In this document: piece by piece, positions 8,831 to 19,356 of the stretch
Layout: each line of letters begins with the position of its first letter
Numbering within the stretch: position 1 is the first letter of the stretch
From: an uncultured SAR86 cluster bacterium
Lineage (GTDB): Bacteria > Pseudomonadota > Gammaproteobacteria > Magnimaribacterales > AG-339-G14
Reading direction: 5' to 3'
Length of the DNA: 64,000 nucleotides
NCBI GenBank assembly: GCA_902522825.1
Contig: CABYXE010000002.1
Span: 32,530 to 96,529 of the forward strand
Notes under the pieces: model-generated
Told to the model about the DNA's origin: nothing
The model's database searches: none
Seen by the model: only the letters and a program-made list of their open reading frames with translations
Made by a program: the position numbers and the translations under genes

Positions 8831-10402
8831 TTAAAAGCTCTTAATTGTATTTTTCGAAATAATTGAAGGAACGGCACTTTTATTTAGGTTTGGGAAATCA
8901 ACATTATAATGCAATCCTCTGCTTTCTTTTCTTGCTAAAGCACTTTCAATAATTATTTTTGCAACCAGAACTAAATTTCTTAATTCAATAAAGTCTGAAG
9001 TTAATTCAAAGTTTCTATAAAAACTCTCAACTTCTTCATAAATTAATTTTAAATTTTCTTTAGCCATATTAAGTCTGTCATTGCTTCTAACAACGCCAAC
9101 ATAATCCCACATCAATCTTCTTGTGGCATCCCAGTTGTGAGCAATTATAATATTTTCTCCCGCAGTAATAACTTTTGAGTTATCCCATTCGTCTATACGT
9201 GTAGATTCGTAATCAAAATTTAACTTGATATCTTCTGCTGAAGACTTAGCAAATACTACGCACTCTAACAAAGAGTTACTAGCCATTCGATTGGCGCCAT
9301 GCAAGCCTGTACAAGAGGTTTCGCCAATAGCATAAAGATTTTTTAAATTAGTTCGTCCTTGCAGGGATGTTTTTACTCCACCGCAAGTATAGTGAGCTGC
9401 GGGCACAACAGGCAAAGGATCTTTAGTTATATCAAATCCAAATTCCAAACACTTTTTATAAATTGTTGGAAAGGCTCTTTTAATATCCCCCTCATTTTTA
9501 TGACTTATATCAAGAAAGACGTTATCGTTCCCAGTCTTTTTCATCTCGGCATCAATTGATCTAGAAACAATATCTCTGGGGGCAAGATCTTTTCTAGAAT
9601 CATACTTTTGCATAAATTCTTCTCCTCTATAGTTTTTTAAAATAGCTCCTTCACCTCTAAGCGCTTCACTGATTAAAAAAGATTTTGCCTCCGGATGATA
9701 AAGACAGGTTGGGTGGAATTGATTAAATTCCATATTAGATAATTCACAGCCAGCTCTCCAAGCCAATGCAAAACCATCTCCGCTAGCTCCATCTGGATTG
9801 CTGGTGTAAAGATAAACTTTACTGGCTCCGCCAGTAGCTAAAATTGTTGCTCCAGCGGAAATTGTCAAAACTTTTTCTTTATTTTTATCAAAGACGTATG
9901 CTCCGATACATTTTTTTTCACTGATAATTAAATCTACAGCTAAATGATTTTCAAGAATTTTAATATTCTTATTTTTTAAAACTTTAGCTGCTAAAGAATC
10001 GGAAACTTCTTTGCCTGTAGCATCGGCAGCATGAATTATTCTTCGATGAGAATGACCACCTTCCTGAGTTAAATGAAAATCATTTGTCGACTCATTTTTA
10101 GTAAAAGTTACTCCAGAATCAATAAGCCAGTCGATCGCAGATTTACCATTTTCTATACAAAACCTTACTGCCTCCTCATCACAGAGGCCATCTCCAGCAA
10201 TTAATGTATCTTGAATGTGACTCTCGGTAGTATCTTCTTTTGCTAGAACTGCAGCAATCCCACCTTGGGCATACCAAGTTGAACTATCGACTAAAGTTTC
10301 TTTCGAGATTATCAGAACTTTAAATTTATCTGATAATTCTAGAGCAGCCGTAAGTCCAGCCGCGCCACTTCCTATGACTAATATATTTGTCTTTAGTATC
10401 AT
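8831..10402 (-). CDS. nadB: L-aspartate oxidase
   Basis: GSGAAG, YAQGGIAAV, EGGHSHRRIIH, QFHPT, GLHGANRMASNSLLE, ESRGLH. Confidence 0.96.
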   Translation of the reverse strand: MILKTNILVIGSGAAGLTAALELSDKFKVLIISKETLVDSSTWYAQGGIAAVLAKEDTTESHIQDTLIAGDGLCDEEAVRFCIENGKSAIDWLIDSGVTFTKNESTNDFHLTQEGGHSHRRIIHAADATGKEVSDSLAAKVLKNKNIKILENHLAVDLIISEKKCIGAYVFDKNKEKVLTISAGATILATGGASKVYLYTSNPDGASGDGFALAWRAGCELSNMEFNQFHPTCLYHPEAKSFLISEALRGEGAILKNYRGEEFMQKYDSRKDLAPRDIVSRSIDAEMKKTGNDNVFLDISHKNEGDIKRAFPTIYKKCLEFGFDITKDPLPVVPAAHYTCGGVKTSLQGRTNLKNLYAIGETSCTGLHGANRMASNSLLECVVFAKSSAEDIKLNFDYESTRIDEWDNSKVITAGENIIIAHNWDATRRLMWDYVGVVRSNDRLNMAKENLKLIYEEVESFYRNFELTSDFIELRNLVLVAKIIIESALARKESRGLHYNVDFPNLNKSAVPSIISKNTIKSF

Positions 10403-10612
10403 TTAGAAAAAGAAGCGAATTAAAAGCGAAATTCCAAGAATAGAAACAAGTGCATAAATAAATATCTTAAAGAAAGGATTTCTTCTTTGATTCCAGTTAA
10501 TCCTATCTTCTCTATTTCTTTGTTTAGCTGAAGCCCTCAGAGGACCAAGGAAAAAGAATATAGCTATTGAAAAAATAGTTATTAAACCAAAAAAAATAGT
10601 GTTGAAATCCAC
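10403..10612 (-). CDS. Small two-helix membrane protein
   Basis: 69 aa, two hydrophobic segments; abuts both neighbours in an operon-like arrangement. Confidence 0.7.
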   Translation of the reverse strand: MDFNTIFFGLITIFSIAIFFFLGPLRASAKQRNREDRINWNQRRNPFFKIFIYALVSILGISLLIRFFF

Positions 10613-11391
10613 TATCTGCTTCTTAACTTAGCCAAGAGTCTTAACATTTCTAAATAAAGCCAAATTAAGGTCACCATTAAAGAGAAAGCTCCGAACCATT
10701 CCATATATTTAGGCGCTCCCTGTTCTGAGCCTTGCTCTATAAAGTCAAAATCTAAAACAAGGTTAAGAGCTGCGATAGCAACTACGAAGAGACTAAATCC
10801 AATTCCAAATAAACCATTCGAATGAATGAAGCCTATTCCAGAGGATCCAAACATATTCATAACCATGCTAACAACATAAAGTAATGCTATTCCCATAGTT
10901 GCAGAGACAATCATTAATCTAAAATTTTCCGTTGGCTTGATAATTCCAGTTTTGTATAAAACGAGTAATGAAGCCAAAGTTCCCATAGTCAGACCAACAG
11001 CTTGAATAACTATTCCTGGAAACTGAAGTTCAAAAATAGCAGAAATTGCACCTAAGAAAAGCCCCTGACTTAAAGCATATAAAGGGGCTGTTATTGGAGC
11101 CCAAGTCTTTTTAAAAATTGTCGCTAATGCGAAACCAAAGCCGAAAATGGCACCACCAATTGCAATTGGCATTACAGTTTCGGGCAATCCAGTAGAAAAG
11201 AATTGATTCCAAGTATAAGTGGCTGTGATCATAACTAAAAGAAGCAAGATCCCAGTTTTATTTACTGTCCCTTGAAGGGTCATAGTTTTTCCTGGAGCCA
11301 TCGAATCAGGAGTAAAGTTTGAAAAAGTAGCATCGTTCATAGCAGGATTTCCAGATCTACCGAACATATTTAAAGCATTGTGTTTTGACAT
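10612..11391 (-). CDS. Bax inhibitor-1/YccA-family membrane protein
   Basis: RSGNP N-terminus, MTLQGTVNKT, LDFDFIE, APKYMEWFGAFSLMVTLIWLYLEMLRLL. Confidence 0.9.
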   Translation of the reverse strand: MSKHNALNMFGRSGNPAMNDATFSNFTPDSMAPGKTMTLQGTVNKTGILLLLVMITATYTWNQFFSTGLPETVMPIAIGGAIFGFGFALATIFKKTWAPITAPLYALSQGLFLGAISAIFELQFPGIVIQAVGLTMGTLASLLVLYKTGIIKPTENFRLMIVSATMGIALLYVVSMVMNMFGSSGIGFIHSNGLFGIGFSLFVVAIAALNLVLDFDFIEQGSEQGAPKYMEWFGAFSLMVTLIWLYLEMLRLLAKLRSR

Positions 11392-11428
11392 ATTTATATT
11401 TAATTATTAAGTTTCAATTTTAAAACAT

Positions 11429-12022
11429 TTATGGAATTAACCAACTGCTTTTTAGCTGGCTTGAATTCCAATCGAATAATGATCTTCTATGTCCTGCACC
11501 TTTTAAAAATAAAAACTCTAGAGAGTCATAACTAAAGAGCAAAACAGCAAAATTATCATAACCAAGTTCAATATCAATTTCTTCTTTGATTAAATCAAAA
11601 GGCTCAGGAGAAGATATTTTTATTCCTGGCGAATCTTTTACGGAATAGCACATTTTTGACATTTCTCTAGATTCAGCCCAAGCCTCTTTAGAAATTTCGT
11701 CATTTATATGAACTAAGGTTTTCCCTTTGAGTCGAATTTGAACCTTTAGATCTGGATCATAGCCATGGACAGAAGAAATAGAGTTTTCTTTCAATTCTTC
11801 TATTTTTCCAGATCTACTATCTGTATGAAATCTTAACGTTCTATTTTTTAAGTTAAATTCTCTCAAGACAACTGTTCGAGTGGAAATTGTCTCATTCACA
11901 AAAGTAGATAAGACAGGTGTATGAAACATCGACTTGCTGTTATTCACACCATCACTGATTAAATTTTCTGCTTCAATCAAAGTCAATTCTAAAGAGTTAT
12001 AAAAATCTATTTTTTCTGACAT
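11429..12022 (-). CDS. Pyridoxamine 5'-phosphate oxidase-like FMN-binding protein
   Basis: FHTPVLST, RTVVLR, FHTDSRSGK, QIRLKG, C-terminal WLIP. Confidence 0.85.
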   Translation of the reverse strand: MSEKIDFYNSLELTLIEAENLISDGVNNSKSMFHTPVLSTFVNETISTRTVVLREFNLKNRTLRFHTDSRSGKIEELKENSISSVHGYDPDLKVQIRLKGKTLVHINDEISKEAWAESREMSKMCYSVKDSPGIKISSPEPFDLIKEEIDIELGYDNFAVLLFSYDSLEFLFLKGAGHRRSLFDWNSSQLKSSWLIP

Positions 12023-12061
12023 TTTTCTCGTAATTACAATTTATAGCTTAAACTATAAAAA

Positions 12062-14233
12062 ATGGATATCTCATATATTTTAGACGATTTAAACGAAGTA
12101 CAAAGAGATGCAGTTACAGAGGAATTACCTTATTCACTTGTTTTAGCTGGAGCTGGCTCTGGAAAAACCAAGGTTATAACTCATAAAGTAGCCTGGTTAA
12201 GCAAAGTAAAGGATATAAATCCATTGAGTCTTCTAACTGTCACATTTACCAATAAAGCCGCTAAAGAAATGCGCGGTCGAATTGAATCTATTCTTGGAGA
12301 GCAATTAAATCAAATGTGGTGTGGAACTTTTCATGGTTTATTTCATAGAATGCTTAAAATGCATTGGGATGAAGCAGGCTTAGCAAAATCATTTTCCATC
12401 CTCGACGGTGATGACCAAAATAGAGTTATTAAAAGAGTCATAAAGAAAATGAATCTAGATGAGGCAACTTGGCAACCCAGACAAACTCAATGGTTTATCA
12501 ATAAACAAAAAGACGAAGGCCGAAGAATAGCCAAACTTCCCAATAAAGCTACTTATGTTGAAGAAAAAATGGCCGATATATACTTAGAATACCAAAAGAC
12601 CTGCGAAGAAGAAGGTGTGGTTGATTTTGCCGAAATCCTGTTGCGATGTTATGAAATGCTCAATAAAAATCCTGAACTTTTATCGCATTATCAAAAAAGA
12701 TTTCAACATATTCTTGTAGACGAGTTTCAAGATACAAACGAAATTCAGTATCTCTTATTAAAGCAGCTTGTCGGCAAGGATGGACACATAACTGTAGTAG
12801 GAGACGATGATCAGTCGATTTACAGTTGGAGAGGTGCAAAAAGTTCAAACATTAATAGGTTCATTAAAGATTTCAAAGGAGTAAGGACTTTAAAGTTAGA
12901 ACAAAATTATAGATCTACAACAAATATCTTGGCAGCCGCAAATGCAGTTATAAGAAATAATCCGGAAAGATTAGGCAAAGAACTTTGGACAGAAAAAGAA
13001 GAAGGAGAGTTAATAAAAGTATACAGAGCCTTCAATGAAAGAGATGAAGCAAAATTTATAGTAGATATTATTAAGAGTTGGGTAGACGAAGGAAGAAGTC
13101 TATCTGAATGTGCCATTATTTATAGATCTAATGCGCAATCTAGAATCCTTGAGGACTCTATTTTAAGAGCTGAATTGCCTTATAGAATATATGGGGGTGT
13201 AAGATTCTATGAAAGACTGGAAATTAAAAATGCTCTTTCATACGCAAAATTAGCTATCGACAATGAAAATGACGCTGCGTTTGAAAGAATTATCAATGTT
13301 CCAAGCAGAGGAATAGGCGCAAAAACTATGGATCAAATTCGTGAATTAGCAAGAGAAAATAGCTTTTCTTTATGGAATGCAGCCGAAAAGCTATCAGAAA
13401 ATTCAGGACCCAAAGTTTCAAATGCTCTTAAAGAATTTTTTTCCGTCGTAAATAGAATTTCTAAAATAGCAAGCAACAAAGAGATCGAAGAATTTTTTGA
13501 AAAACTTGTTGATTTATCTGGTTTAAAAGAATTTCACGGAAAAGAACCAGGAGAAAAAGGAAGATCCAGGGTAGAAAACTTAGAAGAATTAGTTTCAGCA
13601 GCAGCAGGATTTTTTTCTATCGGTGAAGATGCTGATGATGAAAGATCTCAACTTGAATTGTTTCTCGATCAAGCATCGTTAGACGCAGGAGAAAATCAAG
13701 CTAAAGAAAATGAAGATGCAATCCAGATGATGACTTTGCATTCTTCCAAAGGACTTGAGTATCCACTAGTTTTTGTAGCAGGATGCGAAGAGGGCCTGTT
13801 CCCACATAAAAGATCAGTAGAAGATCCAAGACAATTAGCTGAAGAACGAAGACTCTGTTATGTAGGAATGACTCGAGCAATGGAAAGACTATATTTGACT
13901 TATGCCGAGGTAAGAAATGTCTTTGGAGTTGATGGCTTTAGTCCGGCTTCAAGGTTTTTAAAAGAAATTCCTGAAGAATTTAAATACGAAATTAGAATGG
14001 CTTCAGAAAATATTAGTCAGTCAAAATCTTTTTCACCTAAAATAGTTGGCGGAACGGATCACAAAGTTGGAGGTTTTGCTCTTGGGGACAGAGTAGGACA
14101 CCCTTCATTTGGGGAAGGCGTAATTCTAAATTACGAAGGTGATGGAAGTAATGCGAGAGTACAAGTTAATTTTGATACAGAGGGGACAAAATGGTTGGTT
14201 TTAAGTTTTGCAAAACTAGACAAAATTTCTTAA
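12062..14233 (+). CDS. uvrD: DNA helicase II
   Basis: LAGAGSGKT, TFTNKAA, VDEFQDTN, VGDDDQSIY, LEQNYRST, MTLHSSKGLE, EERRLCYVGMTRA, C-terminal Tudor-like domain. Confidence 0.95.
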   Translation: MDISYILDDLNEVQRDAVTEELPYSLVLAGAGSGKTKVITHKVAWLSKVKDINPLSLLTVTFTNKAAKEMRGRIESILGEQLNQMWCGTFHGLFHRMLKMHWDEAGLAKSFSILDGDDQNRVIKRVIKKMNLDEATWQPRQTQWFINKQKDEGRRIAKLPNKATYVEEKMADIYLEYQKTCEEEGVVDFAEILLRCYEMLNKNPELLSHYQKRFQHILVDEFQDTNEIQYLLLKQLVGKDGHITVVGDDDQSIYSWRGAKSSNINRFIKDFKGVRTLKLEQNYRSTTNILAAANAVIRNNPERLGKELWTEKEEGELIKVYRAFNERDEAKFIVDIIKSWVDEGRSLSECAIIYRSNAQSRILEDSILRAELPYRIYGGVRFYERLEIKNALSYAKLAIDNENDAAFERIINVPSRGIGAKTMDQIRELARENSFSLWNAAEKLSENSGPKVSNALKEFFSVVNRISKIASNKEIEEFFEKLVDLSGLKEFHGKEPGEKGRSRVENLEELVSAAAGFFSIGEDADDERSQLELFLDQASLDAGENQAKENEDAIQMMTLHSSKGLEYPLVFVAGCEEGLFPHKRSVEDPRQLAEERRLCYVGMTRAMERLYLTYAEVRNVFGVDGFSPASRFLKEIPEEFKYEIRMASENISQSKSFSPKIVGGTDHKVGGFALGDRVGHPSFGEGVILNYEGDGSNARVQVNFDTEGTKWLVLSFAKLDKIS

Positions 14234-15291
14234 TTTTATTTTTAAGTCTTATTTTTATTTCTTGTTCGGCACAAGAAAGTTCAAATCAAACTTCGGAGGT
14301 AAAAGAAAGTTTTAAATGGCGTATGGTAACTACTTGGCCAAAAAATTATCCTGGCGTTGGTTTGGGAGCTGAAAACCTAGCAAAGCTTGTTGAAGAAATG
14401 AGTGATGGTAGATTACAAATCAAAGTTTATGGTAACGGAGAATTAGTTCCAGCATTAGAAGTATTTGATACTGTTTCCAGGGGTAGTGTGGAAATGGGTC
14501 ATGGAGCTGCTTATTACTGGATTGGAAAAGTTCCTGCTGCGCAATTCTTCACTGCAATTCCTTTTGGCTTAAATGCACAAGAAATGAACGCTTGGCTTCA
14601 TTATGGCGGAGGTCAAGAATTATGGGAAGAACTCTATAAACCCTTCAACTTGATTCCTATGGCAGGAGGCAATACAGGTGTACAAATGGCTGGTTGGTTT
14701 AATAAAGAAATCAATAGCTTAGAAGATTTAAAGGGAATTCGTATGAGGATACCTGGCATGGCTGGTAAGGTTTTCACTAGAGCTGGCGGGGAGGCAGTCT
14801 TGATGCCAGGCAGTGAAATATTTACAAATTTACAAACAGGAGTTATTGATGCAGCAGAGTGGATTGGACCCTACAACGACTTAACTTTTGGATTTCATCA
14901 AGCTGCAAAATATTATTATTATCCCGGTTGGCATGAGCCTGGACCAACTTTAGAAACCATAATAAATAAGGAAGCTTTTGACTCTTTACCTAAAGATCTT
15001 CAGGTGATTTTGAAAACAGCATCAAGAGCTATTAATCAAGATATGTTGGACGAGTATACTTCGAGAAACAATCAAGCGCTTATATCTTTGGTGAATGATC
15101 ACAACGTAGAACTCAGAAAATTACCGGATGATGTTCTAGCAGAATTTAAAAGAATAACCAAGGAGTTGTTAGTTGAGATGACGCAAGAAGATGAGTCATC
15201 AAAAAAGATTTATGAATCTTTATCAAATTTTCAAAAAAATGTTTCTCAATATCATGAGATATCGGAAGAGGCTATTTACGAATTAAGATAA
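14191..15291 (+). CDS. dctP: TRAP transporter substrate-binding protein (TakP-like DctP), lipoprotein
   Basis: WRMVTTWP, GRLQIKVY, MRIPG, IDAAEWIGPYND, YYYPGWHEPG; lipobox-like FISC. Confidence 0.9.
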   Translation: MVGFKFCKTRQNFLILFLSLIFISCSAQESSNQTSEVKESFKWRMVTTWPKNYPGVGLGAENLAKLVEEMSDGRLQIKVYGNGELVPALEVFDTVSRGSVEMGHGAAYYWIGKVPAAQFFTAIPFGLNAQEMNAWLHYGGGQELWEELYKPFNLIPMAGGNTGVQMAGWFNKEINSLEDLKGIRMRIPGMAGKVFTRAGGEAVLMPGSEIFTNLQTGVIDAAEWIGPYNDLTFGFHQAAKYYYYPGWHEPGPTLETIINKEAFDSLPKDLQVILKTASRAINQDMLDEYTSRNNQALISLVNDHNVELRKLPDDVLAEFKRITKELLVEMTQEDESSKKIYESLSNFQKNVSQYHEISEEAIYELR

Positions 15292-15574
15292 AGTTAACTT
15301 TTCTAACAATCCAAATGCCAATAAAGGTTGAAAAAGAAAATCTCAGAAAAAAAAGTAATGCCGCAGGCAAACTTAATAACCAATTAACATAAAGATCTAA
15401 TAAATAATTAAGCTCAGCAAACCAATCAAAAAGATAGAGCGCTACTTGAAAGTATTCTAAAAAATAATCTTTTACCATTATTGGTCCAATAAAAAGACTG
15501 TGAATAAAAAAAAGAACTAAATAAAAGTCACCCCAGATTAAAAAATAGCCGAACCCCCTAAAAAAATTAAGCAT
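15272..15574 (-). CDS. Hypothetical membrane protein
   Basis: Hydrophobic ~100 aa ORF; ATG 15574 overlaps the dipeptidase stop (ORF track starts at 15619). Confidence 0.65.
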   Translation of the reverse strand: MLNFFRGFGYFLIWGDFYLVLFFIHSLFIGPIMVKDYFLEYFQVALYLFDWFAELNYLLDLYVNWLLSLPAALLFFLRFSFSTFIGIWIVRKVNFILIRK

Positions 15575-16664
15575 CCGCAAGTGATCTAACTTCTTTCCAA
15601 ACCCTAAGAATATTTCCATTCAAAATTTTATCAATTTCATTTTCCGAGTATCCTCTAATTAAAAGTTCTTCGATCAGATTTGGAAACTTTGAGACGTCAT
15701 TTATATCATCTGGTAATGGAACCTCTCCATCAAAATCTGAACCAAAGCCAACGTGATTTATACCAACTAAATCTCTTACTCTATCAATATGATCGACTAC
15801 GTTCTTAACTGATACTTCTAAATCTGGATTATCTTTTCTGTTAGCAACAAAATCAGTTCCAAAACAAAGTTGAATGACTCCTCCATTTTCAGCGAGAGCA
15901 ATTAACATCTCGTCAGAGACGTTTCTTTCCCAGCCTGGAGTAAAGTGCCTTAATGAGCTATGAGTTGCTACAACTGGAGCTTTACTGAGTTCTAGTACTT
16001 TCATAAAAGCTGCATCTGAAACATGAGAAATATCGATCATTACACCTTGTTTATTCATTTCCTCAACAACTTTGAAGCCAAAAGGACTCAGGCCATCTGG
16101 CCATCTTTTGTTTTCATCATAGGAACTATCAGAAATATGATTACTTTTCGAATGAGCGAGAGTTATGTAGTTGACTCCTAAATCAGCAAAAAACTTAATA
16201 TTTTCTAGATTTCCCTCAAGCGGTGCGCCATTTTCAATTCCATATGCCATACCAACTAAGTTTTTATTGTTCTCTAGAGTTGAAATATCTTCAGGATTTC
16301 TAATAAAAATAAATTTATCAGGATTATCTTCAATGATTTCATTCATCATCTCAATTAACTCTATAGCCAAGTCATAAGAAGTTCCTTCAGGTTCGGTTCT
16401 GGGTGGAATCCAAATACTTTGAAAAGTTAAATTTAAGCCACCTTCGATGGCTCTTGGATAATCAAAATGATAGCTAGTACTTTTCGTAATATCATCATTA
16501 GTACCGGTGTTATTCCTTTGACGCCAAATTTGAAAAGGCGTATCAATATGAGTATCAATAATAATTTTTTCTTGGCTAAATTTTCTAGCTTTCTCAGAAA
16601 AGTTTTCTGCACAAGAAAGTAAAATAAAAGGGATTAGAATTAAAAAAAGTTTTTGAATTTTCAT
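15567..16664 (-). CDS. Membrane dipeptidase (peptidase M19), lipoprotein
   Basis: Lipobox LLSC; IDTHID, GIENG, TLAH, DISHVSD, THS, GSDFDG. Confidence 0.92.
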   Translation of the reverse strand: MKIQKLFLILIPFILLSCAENFSEKARKFSQEKIIIDTHIDTPFQIWRQRNNTGTNDDITKSTSYHFDYPRAIEGGLNLTFQSIWIPPRTEPEGTSYDLAIELIEMMNEIIEDNPDKFIFIRNPEDISTLENNKNLVGMAYGIENGAPLEGNLENIKFFADLGVNYITLAHSKSNHISDSSYDENKRWPDGLSPFGFKVVEEMNKQGVMIDISHVSDAAFMKVLELSKAPVVATHSSLRHFTPGWERNVSDEMLIALAENGGVIQLCFGTDFVANRKDNPDLEVSVKNVVDHIDRVRDLVGINHVGFGSDFDGEVPLPDDINDVSKFPNLIEELLIRGYSENEIDKILNGNILRVWKEVRSLADA

Positions 16665-16697
16665 AGGCTAAATATATCAAATTTTAAATTTTTTTTA

Positions 16698-18065
16698 TCA
16701 GTATATTGCTGAAGGAAGGTAAGTTGCCAAAAATGGAAAGTATGCAACCAAGCATAGAATTAAAATTTGAATAAAAATGAAAGGGATAACTCCTTTATAT
16801 ATAGTTTCTGTTTTAATTTTCTCTGGAGTAACCCCTCTCAAGTAAAACAAAGCAAACCCAAAGGGCGGAGTTAAAAAAGAAGTCTGTAAATTTATCGCAA
16901 GCATAATTCCTAACCACAATGGGTCTGCTCCCATTGCAATAAGAATGGGACCAACTATTGGAACCACAACAAAACTTATTTCAATAAAATCTAAAATGAA
17001 GCCCAATAAAAAGACCAAGATCATTACAATTAGCATCGATCCAAATAACTCACCTGGAATTGCATTAAATAAGTTTGTAATTAGCTCTTCTCCGCCAAAT
17101 CCACGAAAAACCAAGGAAAATATAGAAGCACCAATTAAAATCATAAAAACCATGCTGCTTATAAATGCAGTTTGTTTAACTGCATCTGCTAAAACTGAGA
17201 AAGATAATCTTCTATTTAATAAAGCAATCAAAATTGATCCCATTGCTCCAATTCCTGCAGCCTCAGTAGGTGAAGCAACTCCTAAAATGATGGATCCTAA
17301 AACGGAAAAAATAAGCAAAAAAGGCGGAATTAAAATTTTTAAGATATCGAATAGAGAAACTGATTTTTCTTTGCCTTCTTCATAATTGAGATTCTTTTTT
17401 GAAAGACTAAAAATAAAATAAAAAGAATAAGCTGTAACTAAAAGCAAACCTGGAATTATTGCTGCAACAAATAAATCACCCACAGAAAAAGACTTTGCAG
17501 AAAAATTACCCATACTTAATTGGGCCTGTTGATAGGCTGTTGCTAATACATCTCCTAAGATTACTAATGCAATTGACGGCGGAATAATTTGTCCAAGGGT
17601 TCCTGTAGCAGCTATCAGACCAGTGGAAACTTCTTCGGAATAACCTTTTTTAAGCATTGCAGGCAACGAAATTAAACCCATTGCAATTACGGTTGCTCCA
17701 ACAATTCCTGTACTTGCAGCTAACAAAGTACCAACAATGATTACCGAAATACCTAAGCCACTTTTTAAATTTCCAAATATTTCTGACATCGATTCTAAAA
17801 GCTTTTCTGCAATTTTTGATTTTTCTAAAATAACTCCCATAAACACAAAAAGAGGAACTGCCACCAAAGTAGAATTAGTCATGATTCCAAATAATCTATT
17901 TGGAATTGTCTCCAATAAGTAAAGATCAAATATTCCAAAAATTGAGCCTAAACCAGCAAAAATTAATGAAACACCGCCTAAAGTGAAAGCCACAGGAAAA
18001 CCAAGAAGTAAGCTGGCACACATAACGATAAATAAAATTAATGGAATAAACTCAATCATTATCAA
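16698..18065 (-). CDS. dctM: TRAP transporter large permease
   Basis: GFPVAF, AVPLFVFMG, GTLGQIIPPS, ASPTEAA, NLQTSFLTPPFG. Confidence 0.93.
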   Translation of the reverse strand: MIMIEFIPLILFIVMCASLLLGFPVAFTLGGVSLIFAGLGSIFGIFDLYLLETIPNRLFGIMTNSTLVAVPLFVFMGVILEKSKIAEKLLESMSEIFGNLKSGLGISVIIVGTLLAASTGIVGATVIAMGLISLPAMLKKGYSEEVSTGLIAATGTLGQIIPPSIALVILGDVLATAYQQAQLSMGNFSAKSFSVGDLFVAAIIPGLLLVTAYSFYFIFSLSKKNLNYEEGKEKSVSLFDILKILIPPFLLIFSVLGSIILGVASPTEAAGIGAMGSILIALLNRRLSFSVLADAVKQTAFISSMVFMILIGASIFSLVFRGFGGEELITNLFNAIPGELFGSMLIVMILVFLLGFILDFIEISFVVVPIVGPILIAMGADPLWLGIMLAINLQTSFLTPPFGFALFYLRGVTPEKIKTETIYKGVIPFIFIQILILCLVAYFPFLATYLPSAIY

Positions 18066-18552
18066 AGTATGAAAAAATCAAAGACAGGCTTTGCATAATT
18101 AAAATAAAAGAAAAAATTAAAATAGAACTTTTATACAAGTAAACAAAAGGCAATCCTCCCGGCTCTGGAGAAATTTCGTAAATAGACCAAGAAAATGAAA
18201 CATAATCTAAAGACAATATAAATATTGTCCAAGCCATTGGCTGAAGAAAAATTAAATTTCCTATCAAATTAATCAATTTTTTATTTTTCATGCTCGATCT
18301 ACGATAGAAAATATCTACTCTCACATGTTCATCATTTTCATAGGCATATGCTGAAGAGAAAAGAAAAGCTATGCCATGGAGATAAATAACCATTTCTTGA
18401 AGACCTACTACCCCGATACCCAAAAAGTACCTAAAAAAAACAACTAATGTTGTTAAAACAATCATCAAAAAAATAGCCCAAGAGCTTAGAATCCCAAGAA
18501 AGCGAGGAAAAATTGTAAGTACATATTGAAATGTTTGATTAATATTTTTCAT
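18052..18552 (-). CDS. dctQ: TRAP transporter small permease
   Basis: VVFFRY, EHVRVDIFY, SPEPGGLP; four TM segments. Confidence 0.9.
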   Translation of the reverse strand: MKNINQTFQYVLTIFPRFLGILSSWAIFLMIVLTTLVVFFRYFLGIGVVGLQEMVIYLHGIAFLFSSAYAYENDEHVRVDIFYRRSSMKNKKLINLIGNLIFLQPMAWTIFILSLDYVSFSWSIYEISPEPGGLPFVYLYKSSILIFSFILIMQSLSLIFSYFDND

Positions 18553-18578
18553 TTCGTTTTTATGATTTAATAATAACT

Positions 18579-19355
18579 ATGATTATTGTATTGTCACCAG
18601 CTAAAACATTGGATTATGAATCTCCTCTTGATGGATTTGATTATACAACTCCTAGCTTCTTAGGTAAGTCGGAGTCTCTTATAAAAATAATGAGATCTTA
18701 CGAACCAGAGTATATTTCTGATTTGATGGGTTTAAGCGATAATTTGGCCTTTCTAAATTTTGAGAGATATCAAACTTGGAAAAAACAAAGCAAGCCTTCT
18801 AAAGATTCTAGACAGGCTATTTTTGCATTTAAAGGAGATGTTTATCATGGCTTGGAAGCTAATAATTTATCAAAATCTACTATCAATTATTCACAAGATC
18901 ATTTAAGAATTTTGTCAGGCTTGTACGGACTTCTAAAACCTTTAGATTTAATTTCTCCTTATAGATTAGAAATGGGTACTAAATTAAAGTCTGGGGAAAT
19001 AGACGGCTTGTACAATTTCTGGAAACCTGATTTGACTAAAGCTCTCAACATCGATTTGGCATCACAAAAGGAAAACACACTAGTCAACCTAGCTTCCAAC
19101 GAATATTTTTCAGCACTGGATAAGACTCTGATTGATGGAAAAGTTATTTCTCCTGTTTTTAAAGATTTTAAAAATGGGAAATATAAGATAATTAGCTTTT
19201 ACGCAAAAAAAGCAAGAGGATTAATGGCTAAATTTATATTGGAAAATAAAATAGAAAACTCTAAAGAGTTGATTAATTTCAATTTGGACGGTTATAAATA
19301 TCACAAGGAAGCTTCTTCCGAGGACAATCCAACTTTCTTAAGAAAAGAAACTTAA
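18579..19355 (+). CDS. yaaA: Peroxide stress protein YaaA
   Basis: LSPAKTLD, AFKGDVY, LSGLYGLLKPLD, YRLEMG, NLASNEY, SFYAKKARG. Confidence 0.95.
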   Translation: MIIVLSPAKTLDYESPLDGFDYTTPSFLGKSESLIKIMRSYEPEYISDLMGLSDNLAFLNFERYQTWKKQSKPSKDSRQAIFAFKGDVYHGLEANNLSKSTINYSQDHLRILSGLYGLLKPLDLISPYRLEMGTKLKSGEIDGLYNFWKPDLTKALNIDLASQKENTLVNLASNEYFSALDKTLIDGKVISPVFKDFKNGKYKIISFYAKKARGLMAKFILENKIENSKELINFNLDGYKYHKEASSEDNPTFLRKET

Positions 19356-19356
19356 G

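Noticed and set aside
12023-12061. LexA (SOS) box upstream of uvrD
   Set aside because: No CTGT-N8-ACAG in the 39 bp spacer.
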